Positions 59,544 to 64,000 of a DNA stretch of 64,000 nucleotides are shown in pieces. Position 1 is the first letter of the stretch. Every line of letters begins with the position of its first letter. This stretch comes from the human T2T-CHM13v2.0 reference genome, Homo sapiens, in NCBI RefSeq assembly GCF_009914755.1, contig NC_060940.1. One strand, written 5' to 3'. The notes below the pieces were generated by a model. That model ran no database searches and was not told the origin of the DNA. It saw nothing but the letters and a program-made list of their open reading frames with translations. The position numbers were made by a program, and so were the translations under genes.

Positions 59544-62500
59544 CTACAAAACAGACACATCTGTAATCTACTTCAATGTTTATATGATCCATACATTCCA
59601 CAGCAGACCTTTAGTAATCCTTGGAGAGCCATATTTGTGAAATCAAATGAATTGGGAAACTCAGTGGCATCATAATTTATAAAACAAAAATGACTGAATG
59701 AGGCACGAGAAACTTAGTAATTATTGTCCAAGGAGCAATTAGCTACATATGCAACATGTAGTTCATAAACTGCCATCAGTTTCAATAGACAGCATCTTCA
59801 AAAATGGATGCTGATGAAGAGTTAATTGGACAATCCATCACATTTATTGGACAGCTTATGATAATTAGCAGTTGCCACAAAATATCATATAAAACAATGA
59901 ATTCAAGCCCAAAGCAAGATGGCACTAGGCAGCATGTTACGTATGTCCATTCAAATAAAACATGTATTTTGTTAAACTTTCATTTGACTGTACTGCATTT
60001 ATGGGATTTCATTTTGTTGTTGGTGGTGGTCGTTTGTTTTGTTTTATTTCCTTTTTAAGTAAAGTGTGTATTTAGGTTTTCTATTAGTCTCAGTCCATAG
60101 AAATTGGATAGTTGTTGATTTTATGGTTGTTTTTAAAAAGTTTTTTATTCTATAGTTAATGTTTTTTAAAAGTTAGAATCGATATTTTAACATATTTAAA
60201 CACTACAGTCTACTAAATTAAGAATTTCAAAGGGACATATTAGTAGTTCTTTTATCAAGCAAACTCGTTCAGATAAGAAAATACGTGAGATGTGTGGTGT
60301 CTAGAGCAAACTGCTTCTCAGGACCACTAAGTATCAGGGTAGTATCAAGACAAAGAAAAGAAATTATTCTCACGACATTTATTAATATCTTTTTTATACA
60401 CCAAGATTCATTTCCTGGCTATGGAATGCTGGACCCAATAATCTTTAAGTTTTAAAGACTACAAGGTGGACTATTGGCCCGTAAGTAAGCAGTGATGCAC
60501 TAAAACAGGATAGGATGGATGCCCAAAGAAGGATATATGCAATTGCATTTCAGGAAGAAAGACTGAAGAAGGCCTTCATGATTGAGGTGATGGCTTAGGA
60601 AGTGCACATGAAATCTCTCTATTCATTGATACTCATTAAACTCAAAGCTGAAGCATGGTCCATGCCAGTTAGTACTGAGCGCATTTCTTATACATGTTCT
60701 TGATAGATACTTATTATATGACAAAGAATAAGACTATGCCATTATAAAAAAATAAATTCTCCATAATCCTCCCACTATAATTTTGCACTGTTAATATTTT
60801 AGTAGAGTTCATTGAAAACATTATGTATGTATGTATATGAATATGCATCTACCAATTTGTACCTATACCTACCTATGAAGATAGCTAGATAAATAACTAT
60901 ACAGCAAGTTACTAGTTAGATAGCTAGATAGGTATAGATAGATATATTAATGGATTTTTCCTTCTCATTTTAGCTATTTCTTTTTCATTAGAGAAGGTAT
61001 GCATATCATTTATACTAGATTCAAAAGTCATTGTAAAAAGAACTTCTTGTTAAATCCTGCCCACCAAAGATAAGCATAATTAAAATATTTGGAATAATAG
61101 TTAAAATGACTTAATTTCTCAATTGTTTATTGAGAAATCATTTGAAAAAATATATTATGAAATGAAATAATAACTGCCCATTTAGTAATGACTTCACTAC
61201 AAATAAAAACTAAGACACTGACTTTTACCTGTACACTAGGCATTTACAAATCACTCCCATCCCCAATCCCCAGGATAATTGAAGAAATTCAGAGAGAATT
61301 TAAGAACTGAGAGACAGGTAAGTTAACATTGCTCTCAACAAAATCCTGAACATGAGGATGTGTTTATTGCAAAGTGTTTCAATGTATTGTATTATGGAAA
61401 GAAGACCAAAAGCCATTTTCCTGGGGAATAATGATGGCTGATTCAACCAATGATATTCCAAGTTTAACTGTAAAATAACTAAACAGACATGTGTTTTGCT
61501 TCAGATATCATGTGTACTCTGACTCTTAAAAAAGCTAAAAAATGTCCAGAGGATTAATTATCACTTTCTGCATTATATTCATAAATAACTTTGCAGGCAT
61601 TTCTGGTTCTAGTAATTTTATTATCTCACTGCTGATATTTCACACATCCATGCGTCAACCAATTTCCCAGAGGCCACAGTAAACAAGAATCAGTCTGATC
61701 ACTGATACTCATGAATCCCAAATCAGAAACACATTCCATGGCTATTTGGTTGCTGTCCAGTAATTGCCTAGAATTTCTAGCCCCAAAGAAGCATGGGGAG
61801 CAAAAACGGGGTATTTGGAAGTTGGCATTTAAAAAATGTTGTTGTTTGTGAATCCTTTATTCAAATATGCATCATGCAGAACTCAAATTTAGAGCAAATT
61901 ATATCTCTATTACTTATGTATTGCTGTTTCTAGGATAATTAGTAAATTCACTGAGCTTCAATTTATTTGCTGGTGAAATAGGAATTATTTATATCCCAGG
62001 AACAGTTGTGAAGACTAAAAACAAAGCTTAAATCAATCTCTGGCACTAAGTATGTACTAAAAATAGGCTCATCATCATCATCGTCATCTTCATCTCCCAT
62101 TAAATGATATATTAATAAACTTCCCTATTTAGAAAGTAGTGAAGAATGCTCTTCCTTGGGAATTTATAAATGGCAGAAAACTTTAAAAAAATGTGTGTTA
62201 TTTAACTCCCATAACTCTAACAAAGGCAGAGATATTTTTCTCATTTTTTAAAGTTCCAGATCATGACAGACTTTATGGGGTGAGTCATAGGAATTTATAA
62301 AATAGTCTATAAATACAGCCCTTTAGTGAGATCAGAGGTAGGAATGTCATAATATTACCAGATTACACAATAGAAGGAACTTGATGGGAAAGAAATGACT
62401 TAGTTTAAAATTCACTTTAAAGTCTACCTCAACTATTTTGGAAAACTCCTGCTGCTTCTGTAGAAATTTCACACATTTTATTGCCTAGTAGACTTTATGA

Positions 62501-63004
62501 TAACAGCTCCCAAGAATGACTAAACAGCACAAAAATTCTGACTCAACGTTTTGGTCAACAAGCATGCATGAAACACCAAATTTGTACCAAGCACAGTGCT
62601 AGATTCCTTTTCCTTCTCCCACCCTTCTTTTCTTGGTTTCTTATATAATGAATAACAGAAAAATAAAACTCTTAGGAACTAGGACATTTTAGGTAACACA
62701 ACTGTTAAACAGCGGAACCAGAATGAATACTCGCTTCTGAGTCATTGTGAAGTTCATGCATAAACCAAACACATAAAGGGCTTATCTTATTCATGCATAA
62801 AATGGGGATAGTAATAGTCCCTGGCTAACAAGATTGCTGTGAAGATCACATGAGATGATAGGTGTGCCACACTTTACCAACATGTGTGTGCTGACCGCTG
62901 TGTATAACACAGTGTGAAGGGCCCTCATATCATTTGTATCATGGTGACATCCTTGAATGCCTACACATGTACTCAATTTTCTGAACCCCAAACTGGGACA
63001 CAAC

Positions 63005-63992
63005 ATTCTATGATTTGAATGTTTGTGTGATTCCCAAAATACATATGTTGATATCCTAACTCCCAAGGTGATCGTATTAGAAGGTGGGGCTTTCAGGAGG
63101 TGATTAGGATGTGAAGCCCTCACAAATGAAATTAGTTCCCTTATAAAAAAGACCCCAGGGATCTAGCAAGCCCCCTTCCTCCATTGTGAGGACACAGTGA
63201 GAAGTTGATTGTCTGCAACCCAGAAGAGGGCCCTTACCAGAATCCGATCACACTGGCATGCTAATCTTGGACTTCCCAACTTTCAGAATTTCGATTAATT
63301 CATTTCTTTTTTTTTTAACTTTATTTGAAGTTCAGAGTTACATGTGCAGGATGTGCAGGTTTATTACATAGGTAAATGTGTGTCATGGGGATTCATTGTA
63401 CAGATTATTTCATCACCCAGGTCTTAAGCCTAGTATCCATTAGTTATTTTTTCTGATCCTCTCCCTCCTCCCTCCCTCTACCCTCTAGCAGGCCCCAGTG
63501 TTCCCCTTTATGTGTCCATATGTCTCATCATTTAGTTCCCTCTTATAAGTGAGTATATGTGGTATTTGGATTTATGTTCCTGAATTAGTTTGCTAATGAT
63601 AATGGCCTCCAGCTCCATCCATGTCCCTGCAAAGGACATGATCTCATTCTTTTTTATGGCTGCATAGTATTCCATGGTATATGTGTGCCACATTTTCCTT
63701 ATCCAGTCTATTGTTGATGGGCATTTCAGTTGGTTCCATGTCTTTGGTATTGTGAATAGTGCTGCAATTAACCTATGCATGCCTGTGTCTTTATAACGGA
63801 ATGATTTATATTCCTTTGGGTATATGCCCAGTAATGGAATTGCTGGGTCAAATGATATTTCTGTCTCTAGGTAACTGAGGAATCACCACACTGCCTTCCA
63901 CGATGGTTGAACTAATTCATATTCCCACTAACAGAAGAAATTAATTTCTATACGGTTTATAAGCCATCCAGTCTATTTTGTAGTTTGCATTT
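63005..63992 (+). mobile_element. MLT1A-like LTR split by an L1 insertion
   Basis: CTATGATTTGAATGTTTGTG...TATTAGAAGGTGGGGCTTT...GAGGACACAGTGAGAAG...TCTTGGACTTCCCA. Resumes at ~63935 with AATTTCT..TAAGCCATCCAGTCTA. Confidence 0.75.
63305..63934 (-). mobile_element. L1PA11-13-like 3' fragment
   Basis: PolyT, then ACAGATTATTTCATCACCCAGG..TAAGCCTAGTA. ORF 63532-63780 is the ORF2 C-terminus (KTWNQLKCPSTIDWI). Confidence 0.85.
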
Positions 63993-64000
63993 TGTATAGA

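Noticed and set aside
59366-59675. ORF 59366-59560 as a stand-alone gene, and antisense ORF 59385-59675
   Set aside because: Only 59407-59543 is exon and the flanking residues are intronic. The plus-strand ORF is a shadow of the exon.

Overview
AT-rich primate (almost certainly human) genomic DNA. It contains one real protein-coding exon: a 137-bp minus-strand type II cadherin exon at 59407-59543 that matches CDH8 (EC4 region). Positions 1-59406 are therefore the start of a very long phase-1 CDH8 intron, and 59544-64000 is the end of the preceding intron. The rest is layered transposon debris. It includes a full-length L1PA2-type LINE-1 (52140-58161, perfect 15-bp TSD, antisense to CDH8), a near-full-length 7SK retropseudogene with TSD, about 10 Alu/FLAM copies, ancient L1M/L1PB/L1PA13-16 fragments, a two-LTR MaLR provirus, MADE1 and MER85 MITEs, MER5/L2/MIR remnants and microsatellites. 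The most interesting arrangement is in the L1. It is retrotransposition-dead (ORF1 frameshift, ORF2 E278stop and C1147W) but keeps an intact 71-aa antisense ORF0. The first ORF0 splice donor is phase 1, the same phase as the CDH8 intron, which predicts an in-frame ORF0-CDH8 C-terminal fusion driven by the L1 antisense promoter. This is a sequence-based prediction with no expression evidence. Repeat subfamily names come from recalled consensus sequences, and boundaries of old repeats are approximate.
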